Notes under the pieces: model-generated
Told to the model about the DNA's origin: nothing
The model's database searches: none
Seen by the model: only the letters and a program-made list of their open reading frames with translations
In this document: in pieces, positions 27,451 through 35,948 of the stretch
Layout of the letters: each line of letters opens with the position of its first letter
Position numbering within the stretch: position 1 is the stretch's first letter
Position numbers and translations under genes: made by a program
NCBI GenBank assembly: GCA_965207885.1
Contig: OZ242311.1
Span: forward strand, 1,483,456 to 1,547,455
DNA: 64,000 bases
Source of the DNA: Candidatus Latescibacterota bacterium
GTDB lineage: Bacteria > Latescibacterota > UBA2968
Reading direction: 5' to 3'

Positions 27451-28356
27451 CTAATTAAAACCCGGATATATGCCGCCTTTTCTGGGACTGTAAGGCAAAA
27501 ATCGGGGATCATAATAAACCAAAGGCATTTTATTGTGAACATCGGTCTTAATCACTGCGGTTTTACCAGAATCTCCAGTTGTATTACTTATAGCGAAATC
27601 ATCCTCTCCAATATAACCTACTTTGATTTCCCACAGCCAGGCTGTGTTTCCTCTATTTTCTTTTCCTCTAATAAAATTACCCTCGCGATCTCCCAAGACA
27701 TATCTAAAGGTTATATACACACCGGCCTTAGGCAAATGTCCCTTGGGCTTGTTACTTTCTAAAGCCATTTTCAATTCTACATCTACGGCGGGTGCTTTGA
27801 GTGGCAATAAATCGGGATATGCATGAGGACGATTACGCCTATACAGTCCCTCTGATGATTTTGCTATACCACTTCCAAGCAAATTTCCCAACATAGATGA
27901 AAAATTTGCGAGTTCGACTAATTCTGCAACCACAGGTGATTGAGAGGATATTAATTTTCGGTCAATAGTATCTAATACGCCATAAGCATACTCAACTGCA
28001 TCAAGTAACACACTGCCCTCAATACCCATTAATTCTAACAGGGTTTGTTCATTTCTAATATTTAATCTATTAGGCTTTCGCGGCTTTAGAAATTCAGAAT
28101 ATTTAGAATTTTCCTCTGCTGAAATCAGCTCAGCCATTTGCACCAAATCTGATAGTGAAAATCCCAGAGCATGGGCAATTTGATTAGCCACTTGAATGGT
28201 GGGTACACGCTCGCGCCGTTCTAATAGCCCTACCATTGTTCTATGAATACCTGCTTGTTCGGCTAATTGTTCAAGAGTCAACCGCTGTTCTATGCGAACA
28301 GCTTTTATTATAGCAAGAAAATTTTGGATAACTGAATCCAATCGATTTTGATCCAT
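27451..28356 (-). CDS. XRE-family HTH fused to a PD-(D/E)xK nuclease-like domain (probable restriction endonuclease / controller fusion)
   Basis: N-terminus RLTLEQLAEQAGIHRTMVGLLERRERVPTIQVANQIAHALG is an HTH_XRE. The C-terminal part has AYPD-x10-DVELK (PD...ExK). Divergent from and adjacent to an m5C MTase. Confidence 0.55.
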   Translation of the reverse strand: MDQNRLDSVIQNFLAIIKAVRIEQRLTLEQLAEQAGIHRTMVGLLERRERVPTIQVANQIAHALGFSLSDLVQMAELISAEENSKYSEFLKPRKPNRLNIRNEQTLLELMGIEGSVLLDAVEYAYGVLDTIDRKLISSQSPVVAELVELANFSSMLGNLLGSGIAKSSEGLYRRNRPHAYPDLLPLKAPAVDVELKMALESNKPKGHLPKAGVYITFRYVLGDREGNFIRGKENRGNTAWLWEIKVGYIGEDDFAISNTTGDSGKTAVIKTDVHNKMPLVYYDPRFLPYSPRKGGIYPGFN

Positions 28357-28411
28357 TCAACAATCCCTTAGATGATTTATGAAAAGTATCAGGATATGAG
28401 CAATAAAAACC

Positions 28412-28440
28412 TTGACAGCTTCTAAAAAAGAGACTATAGT
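28412..28440 (+). promoter_or_regulatory. Sigma-70-type promoter of the methyltransferase gene
   Basis: TTGACA (28412-28417), a 17-nt spacer, then TATAGT (28435-28440). AGGAGA lies 7 nt before ATG 28478. Confidence 0.65.
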
Positions 28441-28443
28441 CTC
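28430..28443. promoter_or_regulatory. Perfect 14-bp palindrome (candidate operator) overlapping the MTase -10 box
   Basis: GAGACTA|TAGTCTC is a perfect dyad that contains the TATAGT -10 hexamer. Confidence 0.6.
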
Positions 28444-28477
28444 CACCGAGCATCAACCTTTCTCAGGAGACCTAATT

Positions 28478-29632
28478 ATGAAGCAAGCCAAAATTTTCGA
28501 TCTTTTTTGTGGCACGGGTGGTTTTTCAAAAGGTTTTGAAAAGGTTGTCGATATTCAATATCAAACTGTTTTGGGTGTAGATTTATTACCTATTGCTGTT
28601 GAAACTTTTTGTTTTAACCACCAAGAAGCCTTTGGGATATGCAAAGATATACGAACCTTGAGAAGGACGGCCGTTTCTGACATGCTAAAAATTAAAAGGG
28701 GAGAATTGGACTTAATTATTGGCGGTCCTCCTTGTCAAGGATTTTCTTCTATAAGACCTTTTCGCTCGTGTCAAGAGGACGATCCAAGAAATTCACTATT
28801 TGAGGAATATGCTTCATTTGTAAACTTTTTTCGGCCTAAAGCATTTGTATTAGAAAATGTTATCGGTTTGGCAACGCATAAAAAGGGTTCTACAATAGAA
28901 ATGATGGAGGAATGTTTCTATAAAATTGGATATGAATGCGACTGGAAAATTCTCAATACTGCTCATTTTGGCATTCCTCAGAAACGAGAACGATTGATAT
29001 TTATAGGCGTCGTCAAAGGAAATATGCCCAAATTTCCTGTACCAAATTACCAATATAAAGGAGCGACTATCGGTCATAAAAAGAAATCCAGAATGCTTTT
29101 ACCAAAGGAGCCTGATCTTTTTATAAAATCAGAATTGAACCCTGCAATAACCGTTGTGGACGCAATTGATGATTTGCCTCCCGTTGAATCTGGCGAGAAA
29201 GCCACAGTATATGTCAACAAACCAAGAACGGAATATCAGCGTACAAGAAGAAATGGAACCAAGCTATTAACACTTCATGAAGCGACCAATCATTCTAAAA
29301 AAATGCTCGAAATAATACGTCACGCGGGTAAAAATATCAATTCTATTCCCAAACATCTAATAAGTAGTGGGTTTAGTTCTTGTTATTCAAGATTGGATGC
29401 AAATGAACCTGCGGTAACGATAACGGTCAATTTTGTTCATCCAGCATCTAATAGATGTATCCATCCCCTACAAAACCGCGCTCTTACACCCAGAGAAGGC
29501 GCACGCCTACAATCCTTTGATGATGATTTCATGTTTGCAGGTACTCGCTCACAAATCGTCAAACAAATAGGAAATGCAGTTCCACCTCTGTTGGGACAGC
29601 GCATTGGAGAAGCATTAGCTCCCGTGTTTTAA
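28478..29632 (+). CDS. DNA (cytosine-5)-methyltransferase
   Basis: Motif I FDLFCGTGG, IV GGPPCQGFS, VI FVLENV, VIII QKRERLIFIG, IX TPREGARLQSF and X GNAVPPLL. Start placed at ATG 28478 with an SD; ORF-track TTG 28412 is the -35 box. Confidence 0.92.
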   Translation: MKQAKIFDLFCGTGGFSKGFEKVVDIQYQTVLGVDLLPIAVETFCFNHQEAFGICKDIRTLRRTAVSDMLKIKRGELDLIIGGPPCQGFSSIRPFRSCQEDDPRNSLFEEYASFVNFFRPKAFVLENVIGLATHKKGSTIEMMEECFYKIGYECDWKILNTAHFGIPQKRERLIFIGVVKGNMPKFPVPNYQYKGATIGHKKKSRMLLPKEPDLFIKSELNPAITVVDAIDDLPPVESGEKATVYVNKPRTEYQRTRRNGTKLLTLHEATNHSKKMLEIIRHAGKNINSIPKHLISSGFSSCYSRLDANEPAVTITVNFVHPASNRCIHPLQNRALTPREGARLQSFDDDFMFAGTRSQIVKQIGNAVPPLLGQRIGEALAPVF

Positions 29633-29669
29633 GGGTTGACCACAGTGCAAGCCGACCGGTTTGTTTTCG

Positions 29670-30764
29670 CTATTCCAACCCCATCATCACCTCGTGCAAC
29701 CGTCTCGCCACAATCACATACTCCCCCTGCTCCATCATATAGGGCATCACCTCCACCCCATTGTCATGGGTGAACATCTCAATCCGCGGATCGCCATCTG
29801 ACAACTGTTGCTGGACCTCCTCTGGCGCAATCGGCAAAACTGTCTGATCCCAGTGAACCTCCAGAATCGGCGCCACATTAGACCGCCCGGGGTCTCGCAC
29901 CCGTCTCGTCACCGACGGCAAATCCGCAACCGCACTGCCAATCACCTGCAACCATTGCTCCCACTCTGCCCACTCGGCATCGTGATCGCGCTGCACCCAC
30001 TTCTCCACCGCAGCCAGCAGCCCCATCACCTCCTCCTTACCCGCCTTCATCGCCCGCCCCAGCGAATGATGCGGCGCGCCATTGGCAAACGCCGCCTGCA
30101 AAATATCCTTTCGCCCCAGCACTAGCCCCGACGACTGGGGACCCCGCAAACACTTGCCCCCGCTATAAGCCACAACATCTGCACCCGCTTGCAAATACGC
30201 ATTGGGCACATCTGGCCGCTCTGCCGCAGCATCCACAAATACCGGCACACCCTTGCGATGGCAAATCGCCACCACATCCTCAAGCGGAATATCGCTATGA
30301 TCCGTTTGATCCCCAAAAAACGCAAACATCGCCGTGCGATCATCAACCGCCAAAGAAAGTGCATCGTGATCTTCCACCTCCACCATCTCCACCCCCGCCG
30401 CCCGAATCGCATGCGTATAAATATGCAAATGCCCCGGCTGGTACAACACCCGATTCTTCATCCCCGTCGTATCGGGCAATTGTTTGATCTTATCCGGATC
30501 ATCACCCGCCACACACGCCGACGTCACCTGCGTCAGCGCCGCCGCGCATCCATTTGTCACCAGCCCCCACTCGCACTGCATCAACTCGGCAATACGCGCA
30601 CCCACCGCATCCATCAACTCATCCAAATGCACATACGCCTTTGCCGCCTCCATCATCGCCTCGCACACCTCTGGCAACATCAGCGAACCACTGATAATCG
30701 TATATGTCCCACGGCAGTTAATCAACGGCCGCACACCAATTGAACGATAAGTAGGAACAGTCAT
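29670..30764 (-). CDS. SelA/DgaE-like PLP-dependent enzyme (class V-fold)
   Basis: INCRGTYTIISGSLM...VAYSGGKCLRGPQSSGLVLGRKDIL, the PLP-Lys context of the SelA-like family. GGAGGG lies before ATG 30764. Confidence 0.6.
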   Translation of the reverse strand: MTVPTYRSIGVRPLINCRGTYTIISGSLMLPEVCEAMMEAAKAYVHLDELMDAVGARIAELMQCEWGLVTNGCAAALTQVTSACVAGDDPDKIKQLPDTTGMKNRVLYQPGHLHIYTHAIRAAGVEMVEVEDHDALSLAVDDRTAMFAFFGDQTDHSDIPLEDVVAICHRKGVPVFVDAAAERPDVPNAYLQAGADVVAYSGGKCLRGPQSSGLVLGRKDILQAAFANGAPHHSLGRAMKAGKEEVMGLLAAVEKWVQRDHDAEWAEWEQWLQVIGSAVADLPSVTRRVRDPGRSNVAPILEVHWDQTVLPIAPEEVQQQLSDGDPRIEMFTHDNGVEVMPYMMEQGEYVIVARRLHEVMMGLE

Positions 30765-30778
30765 AGTCGCCCTCCACA

Positions 30779-32188
30779 TCAGGCAAAATAGCGCGTGTAC
30801 AAAATATAAATAGCCAGACCAATCATCAGCAAAAAACAGAACCACAACAGCAAATCCGTCTTCAAAGACGGTTTCAGGCGCTGATCGAGATGTCTATAGC
30901 GCAAATACAGCGTCCCTGCGGCAATCAGAGGAAACTTAATCGCCCCAAACAAATGCCCGATAGTCAGCATCCAAACCGGATTTTGAAAAAAGAAATACGC
31001 CAGAGAAGTCACCAGAGGGGAAACCACCGCCCAAATGCGCAAAATGCGAACCCGGGTCTTGTAATCATTGCGCTCGATCAAACCCATCACAGACATCCCA
31101 TCCGCAAAAATGCGTACCCCACCGCCCAGACCGGATATCGCCGTTGAATAAAGCACAAAAAAAGCACCCACCATAAACAACCAGAACGCCCATTCGCCAA
31201 GGGTCTGCGTGTACATATTGGAAAGCACCGGAATCGTCTCCAGACCATCGGGTTGTTTATTGAGCCGATACAACACACCCGCGCCCAGCATATAAAACGG
31301 AATCGTCGCACAGGTCAGCAAGCCCAGTGTCAAAAGCACATCGGTTTGCATCACCCGAATCCATCCCCTCGCGCGCTGAACCCAGGCATTGGACTGATCT
31401 GCCGGTCCAGAAAAACGCGCATAGCCCTTTTCCACACACCAATACGTATAGGCCATCTGTTCGCCCGAACCCACCCCGGTACCGCCATACATCGCCAGTG
31501 CCGCCAGCAGCGCAAAAGCCGGAAAACCAAACGTCAGCCCACCGCGCACCTCTTCCCAGGTAATCGCGTATTCGGTTAGCTGCAACAAAACAGCACAGGC
31601 GATCGTAATAAACGTAAACATAACAACCAGAACCGTCATCAGCCTTTCGAGAAATCGATACGTCCCGGTCAGAATAATCACAGACGCCGTACCAGCCAGA
31701 ATAACCGTCCACCACTCCGAACCGAGAGAAGGCAGCGCCATGTGAATCGCCTGACCAGCACCCCCGTAAATACCACCGCTGATCAACTGCCCGGGAATAA
31801 TCCAGAGCAACCAAAAATAGATGTACCACGACACTTTCCGCCCGTTAAACGCGGGTAACTTTCCGGGCAATCGGTTAAAAGCGTGCAAAAAAGGTTCGCC
31901 AGAAGCAACCGAAAAACGCGCCAGTTCTGCCTGAACAATATTCTTGCTCCAGCAACTCACAAGCACAAACCAGAGCATTGAAAATCCAACAATAGAACCC
32001 AAATTCGTCGTCAGAATAATCTCACCAGAACCCACCACAGATCCCACGAGAATCAGCCCTGGACCGAGAAACTTCAGCGTACTGCGAAGCCCTTGAGGGG
32101 GCTCCTGAACGGCCCGTGGATCCAGCGCGTAGAGATCTGGATTTTCATCTTCTCCCGATGGTTGCACAGTTTTGGATTCTTCCGGCAT
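30779..32188 (-). CDS. NRAMP-family transporter
   Basis: LKFLGPGLILVGSVVGSGEIILTTNLGS...WSKNIVQAELARFSV and about 11 TM helices. GGGAGGG lies before the ATG. Confidence 0.7.
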   Translation of the reverse strand: MPEESKTVQPSGEDENPDLYALDPRAVQEPPQGLRSTLKFLGPGLILVGSVVGSGEIILTTNLGSIVGFSMLWFVLVSCWSKNIVQAELARFSVASGEPFLHAFNRLPGKLPAFNGRKVSWYIYFWLLWIIPGQLISGGIYGGAGQAIHMALPSLGSEWWTVILAGTASVIILTGTYRFLERLMTVLVVMFTFITIACAVLLQLTEYAITWEEVRGGLTFGFPAFALLAALAMYGGTGVGSGEQMAYTYWCVEKGYARFSGPADQSNAWVQRARGWIRVMQTDVLLTLGLLTCATIPFYMLGAGVLYRLNKQPDGLETIPVLSNMYTQTLGEWAFWLFMVGAFFVLYSTAISGLGGGVRIFADGMSVMGLIERNDYKTRVRILRIWAVVSPLVTSLAYFFFQNPVWMLTIGHLFGAIKFPLIAAGTLYLRYRHLDQRLKPSLKTDLLLWFCFLLMIGLAIYILYTRYFA

Positions 32189-32217
32189 ATACCCTCCCTT
32201 TGAATTGGCTTATCCCG

Positions 32218-32315
32218 CAAAAACAAAAAGCCACCCGGTATGCACAGCGCATTTTCAGGCAGTCCCATGCCATTGGCACTACGGAAATCGTTCTGTGCGT
32301 GCGACTTGCGGGTGG
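32218..32315 (-). terminator. Long imperfect hairpin plus U-tract between infA and the NRAMP gene (terminator and/or attenuator)
   Basis: RNA CCACCCG ... GCACAG ... CUGUGC ... CGGGUGG, then CUUUUUGUUUUUG. It ends about 20 nt before the NRAMP SD. Confidence 0.45.
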
Positions 32316-32340
32316 TTATTTACATATCGATTTTGGATAT

Positions 32341-32649
32341 TTAACGGCGGCGACGCGACCTGCTGCGTCCACCGCGACCGGGACGCCTGCTCCCGCCTCC
32401 TTGCGTGCTCGGAGGGGGTGGCCCACCTGTTCCGGAATCGCGGAATGTAATGCGCCCCCGGTTCAGGTCATAAGGAGAGGTCTCAATCGTGACGGTATCG
32501 CCCACAACAATGCGAATATTAAAACGGCGCATTTTGCCCGACGTATAACCGAGAATCTGATGCCCTCCTTCAATCTCAACCTTGTATTGCCCATCGGGCA
32601 AAATATCGACAATCGTTCCTTCCAGTACAACTTTTTCTTCTTTTGCCAT
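32341..32649 (-). CDS. infA: Translation initiation factor IF-1 with 32-aa Arg/Gly/Pro-rich C-terminal extension
   Basis: MAKEEKVVLEGTIVDILPDGQYKVEIEGGHQILGYTSGKMRRFNIRIVVGDTVTIETSPYDLNRGRITFR aligns with the canonical ~72-aa IF-1. It is followed by DSGTGGPPPPSTQGGGSRRPGRGGRSRSRRRR. Confidence 0.9.
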   Translation of the reverse strand: MAKEEKVVLEGTIVDILPDGQYKVEIEGGHQILGYTSGKMRRFNIRIVVGDTVTIETSPYDLNRGRITFRDSGTGGPPPPSTQGGGSRRPGRGGRSRSRRRR

Positions 32650-32809
32650 ATAACCTCCAACTATGGGATGGATAAACTCGTACCTTACACGATTTGGGAT
32701 GCATTGAGCTAAAAATAAAGTCTTTCAATTAAGATATGAGAGAAAATTTATGTTCACAAGTATTTTTGACACGCGGCTAATTTCCAAATTTTGCACACGA
32801 TCGCACAAC

Positions 32810-34000
32810 TCAAAAAAGGCGATAACTCAGGGCAAGAAGAAGACTCTGTCTGAATGGCGAACCTTCTTCTTTCGAAATTTGCTCAATAGCCGTCAAGCTA
32901 ATTCTGTTTTCGATAAAAAATGTGAAACTGATATTTGAAATATGTCTAAACCTCGCATCTTGATCGCGTTTTTTGTTGATGTGGAGTGTATTGGAGCTCA
33001 CAAAGGCAATTCTGTTGGTAATTTCGTAAATAAAATCGACATTCTGCCGGATATTATACTCTCGCCTAAAATAGTCTCTCTTGAATGGCGTATCCCATTT
33101 GAAATCCGTATTGACCTGTATCTGCCAACTGATAGGTCGGGAATACCGCACATTAATGGCTAAAGCTGGGGGAGGACGTTCTATGTCTTTAGACCTGGTC
33201 TGCACTTCATACTGAACCCCCGCATTGACATCCCAACCAAAAAACCGGTCGCTGATCTGCTCCTGAGTAAGTACCTCGCGCATGCGAAAGAGGCCAACAG
33301 GACCGATATTGCCGCCCCCGGTCACAAGACCGGTTTTGTCAATTTCACTGCTCATATCTTCGTACCAGTAGTGCAGATAGGTACGATCGCCGTAGATATT
33401 GCGATACTCATCTTCTTTTTCAATAATTTGCCCAAGTGTGATCATCGTATCTCTTGGTAGGAAATCGCTAATAACGCCTTCTTCAAACAAAAAGTCTTCA
33501 ATACGCACGGCTTTGCGCAGGGCAGTGGCATTGATAAATCGACCATAACCAAGACCTAAAATGACATCACTCTGCGGACGATCAAAGCCCTTACGCATCA
33601 ACGCATCGGGACTGACAAAATAGAAAAACTTATGGGTTTCTCGAAAATACTTTTGAACCTGTATATCGAGATTCATGTCATAAGTACCCGTACGCTCAGA
33701 ATCTTCAAATGAAAATTGGCGAAAATATGAGGCCGAACTGAGCGCGTCGATAAAATATGCAAACGGCAAGGAACTGTAGAACTTCTTGTACACAAGGCCG
33801 ATTTCGCCCTGTTCGTGTATAACTTCTTTGCCCTCGGTCGTCAAATTAAAACTCAACACATCAATGCGTAGATTATCCACCCGACTCACCGGCACTTTGT
33901 AGTCAGTGACCGAAACATTTTGTGCCTTTGCCGGTGCTGTAATCAGCAGCATTGCAATCATACAGCAGACAAGTGCCTTTAATAGATATTGTGCATCCAT
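32810..34000 (-). CDS. Hypothetical outer-membrane beta-barrel protein
   Basis: Signal peptide MDAQYLLKALVCCMIAMLLITAPAKAQ, alternating beta-strand pattern and a terminal ...LSYRLF. GGAGG lies 6 nt before ATG 34000. Confidence 0.5.
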   Translation of the reverse strand: MDAQYLLKALVCCMIAMLLITAPAKAQNVSVTDYKVPVSRVDNLRIDVLSFNLTTEGKEVIHEQGEIGLVYKKFYSSLPFAYFIDALSSASYFRQFSFEDSERTGTYDMNLDIQVQKYFRETHKFFYFVSPDALMRKGFDRPQSDVILGLGYGRFINATALRKAVRIEDFLFEEGVISDFLPRDTMITLGQIIEKEDEYRNIYGDRTYLHYWYEDMSSEIDKTGLVTGGGNIGPVGLFRMREVLTQEQISDRFFGWDVNAGVQYEVQTRSKDIERPPPALAINVRYSRPISWQIQVNTDFKWDTPFKRDYFRREYNIRQNVDFIYEITNRIAFVSSNTLHINKKRDQDARFRHISNISFTFFIENRISLTAIEQISKEEGSPFRQSLLLALSYRLF

Positions 34001-34074
34001 GGTCAGCCTCCGCGTTGTGCTATTTGTCAGGCCAGCAGGTTGTCCCCAAAATGAACGAGCCTGATATCCGTTCT

Positions 34075-35040
34075 TCATTCTGTATTCCCCGGGTTCTTTT
34101 CAACTGTGGGCCTTGGAATAATGAAAATAATATCATCGTAATCCGCTGCGACAACCGTCCCCGTATTATCCGAATCAGTAAGCAACCCCACATAATCTAC
34201 CGGACGGGGATCACCACCAAAAAGACGCCGATAGTCTTGATATGCATTCACCTCTTCCCAAACCCATTTTCCCAGATCGTCTGTACCGCTGCGCAACACA
34301 ATCATATGTTGTCTGCTACTCGAAATAACCGTGCCCTTGGGAAGTGTTGCACTCCAAATATATTTGAGTGATTTGCCCGCCAGAGGATTCAAAGAACTCT
34401 TTCCTATGATCAGACGTACCGCAGCGGCACTGTCATTTTTGTCGCCGTCGGTTTCATCAGACCCCTCGGGCAAATCGTGTACCCGCCATCGCCAGCGCAA
34501 TTTCTGGAACAAACGCAAACTTGCTTTGCGTTCTCTGCCGCGATACGTGAGCTTTGCTTCTCTCCCAAAATTTACGGCACTACCTTTTGTTTTCGCGCTC
34601 AGATAATGATTATCAACTTCTCTTAAAATCCGATAGTAAACATCTTCTTTTTTTGTTTTGCTATATCGCCAGCCCGATATCCCCTGCCATATCTTGTCGG
34701 GATAAGAATTCAAAAATTGAGGATAATCAAAGGTATCGAGAACACTGGTGGAATCACCCGCAGGCGTGACCCAGTGAGCAGGAGGCTGCGAAGGATCTGT
34801 TATCTCAAGTATTGTCGAGGGATCGTGACCTGGCCTGAGCGGATCGGCCATTGCAGGATCAACAGCCGTAGAATCAACAAATACAGAGACAACCGGTTGG
34901 ACACCCGTAGAATCGGGACCGGCAGCAAAGCATATGCTGTATCTAAGATCAATAACAAATACCACGAGCAGGCACAGCCTGAGAGCCATGTTTATCAAAT
35001 ACATGCTGATAAAGTCAGTATGGGAACGCAATCCCATCAT
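34075..35040 (-). CDS. DUF3047-like exported protein
   Basis: LRWRWRVHDLP...DKNDSAAAVRLIIG...LKYIWSATLPKG...LGKWVWEEVNAYQDYRRLFG...VGLLTDSDNTG..AADYDDIIF fits my recollection of DUF3047. ATGA overlap with the upstream gene. Confidence 0.5.
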   Translation of the reverse strand: MMGLRSHTDFISMYLINMALRLCLLVVFVIDLRYSICFAAGPDSTGVQPVVSVFVDSTAVDPAMADPLRPGHDPSTILEITDPSQPPAHWVTPAGDSTSVLDTFDYPQFLNSYPDKIWQGISGWRYSKTKKEDVYYRILREVDNHYLSAKTKGSAVNFGREAKLTYRGRERKASLRLFQKLRWRWRVHDLPEGSDETDGDKNDSAAAVRLIIGKSSLNPLAGKSLKYIWSATLPKGTVISSSRQHMIVLRSGTDDLGKWVWEEVNAYQDYRRLFGGDPRPVDYVGLLTDSDNTGTVVAADYDDIIFIIPRPTVEKNPGNTE

Positions 35041-35915
35041 CCAACCCCGCCGTTACCAATAATATATCGACTCTTGTAAAGTTGATTTTCCGCATTGCTG
35101 GTGACAGCCGATAGAAATCCAGAACGGGCTGCGGCTGCACCCCAATTGCCATATTTGTCAATGGCGATATAGGCCATCTGATAGGGGCGCGCAGAGGGAA
35201 CGCGCGCAATGAGATGTTGTACAACAGCTTCGCAGGCTTCCTGCGGCGATTTGCCCTGCCGCATGTGTTCAACAACAGCAAACGACCCGCAGGTCCGAGC
35301 AATTTCCTCACCGCGACCGGTGGCCGCAGCAGCTCCTGCATCATTATCCGCATAAAGACCCGAGCCAATAAGCGGCGAATCGCCAACGCGACCGGGCAAC
35401 TTAAAAGCCGCGCCACTTGTGGTACAGGCCGCCGCGAGATTCCCGTGTTGGTCAAGAGCGATTAAGCCAATCGTATCGTGGACATCTGCGGGAAGTCCTG
35501 TTTGCTCCCTTTTCCACTTCTCCCAGGCTTCTCGCCCGTGCTCTGTGAGCATATTGCACGCTTCAAAGCCCTGTGCGCGCGCAAACTTCAGCGCGCCATT
35601 GCCCACGAGAAAAACGTGATCTGTTTTCTCCATCACGCACCGCGCCACAGCAGTGGGCGTGGCAATATTTCTAAGCCCAGCCACCGCACCATAACCGAGA
35701 GTAAATCCGTCCATAACCGCGGCATCGACTTCGACCTCGCCCTCGGCATTGGGATATCCGCCGAAACCAACGCTCTTGACCGCAGGATCGCGTTCCGCCA
35801 CCTCAGCACCCCGCACAACAGCATCGAGCGCAGAGCCACCGCTTTTCAAAATTTTCCAGGCGGGCTGATTAGAAGCGAGACCAAACCGCCATGTGGATAC
35901 AACAATGTGGGACAT
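35037..35915 (-). CDS. N4-(beta-N-acetylglucosaminyl)-L-asparaginase / Ntn-type asparaginase-2 family
   Basis: HDTIGLIALDQHGNLAAACTTSGAAFKLPGRVGDSPLIGSGLYADN...ATGRGEEI closely follows the Flavobacterium glycosylasparaginase autoprocessing and active site. Confidence 0.85.
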   Translation of the reverse strand: MSHIVVSTWRFGLASNQPAWKILKSGGSALDAVVRGAEVAERDPAVKSVGFGGYPNAEGEVEVDAAVMDGFTLGYGAVAGLRNIATPTAVARCVMEKTDHVFLVGNGALKFARAQGFEACNMLTEHGREAWEKWKREQTGLPADVHDTIGLIALDQHGNLAAACTTSGAAFKLPGRVGDSPLIGSGLYADNDAGAAAATGRGEEIARTCGSFAVVEHMRQGKSPQEACEAVVQHLIARVPSARPYQMAYIAIDKYGNWGAAAARSGFLSAVTSNAENQLYKSRYIIGNGGVG

Positions 35916-35948
35916 CGCCTTCTTTCCATCTGAAATTTTAAACCTTTC

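Noticed and set aside
32218-32315. Whether the infA/NRAMP leader is a known metal riboswitch (yybP-ykoY Mn, M-box Mg, NiCo).
   Set aside because: The conserved cores I remember (GGGGAGUAG and UUGACAUA for yybP-ykoY; M-box signature loops) are absent. It is reported only as an unclassified hairpin.
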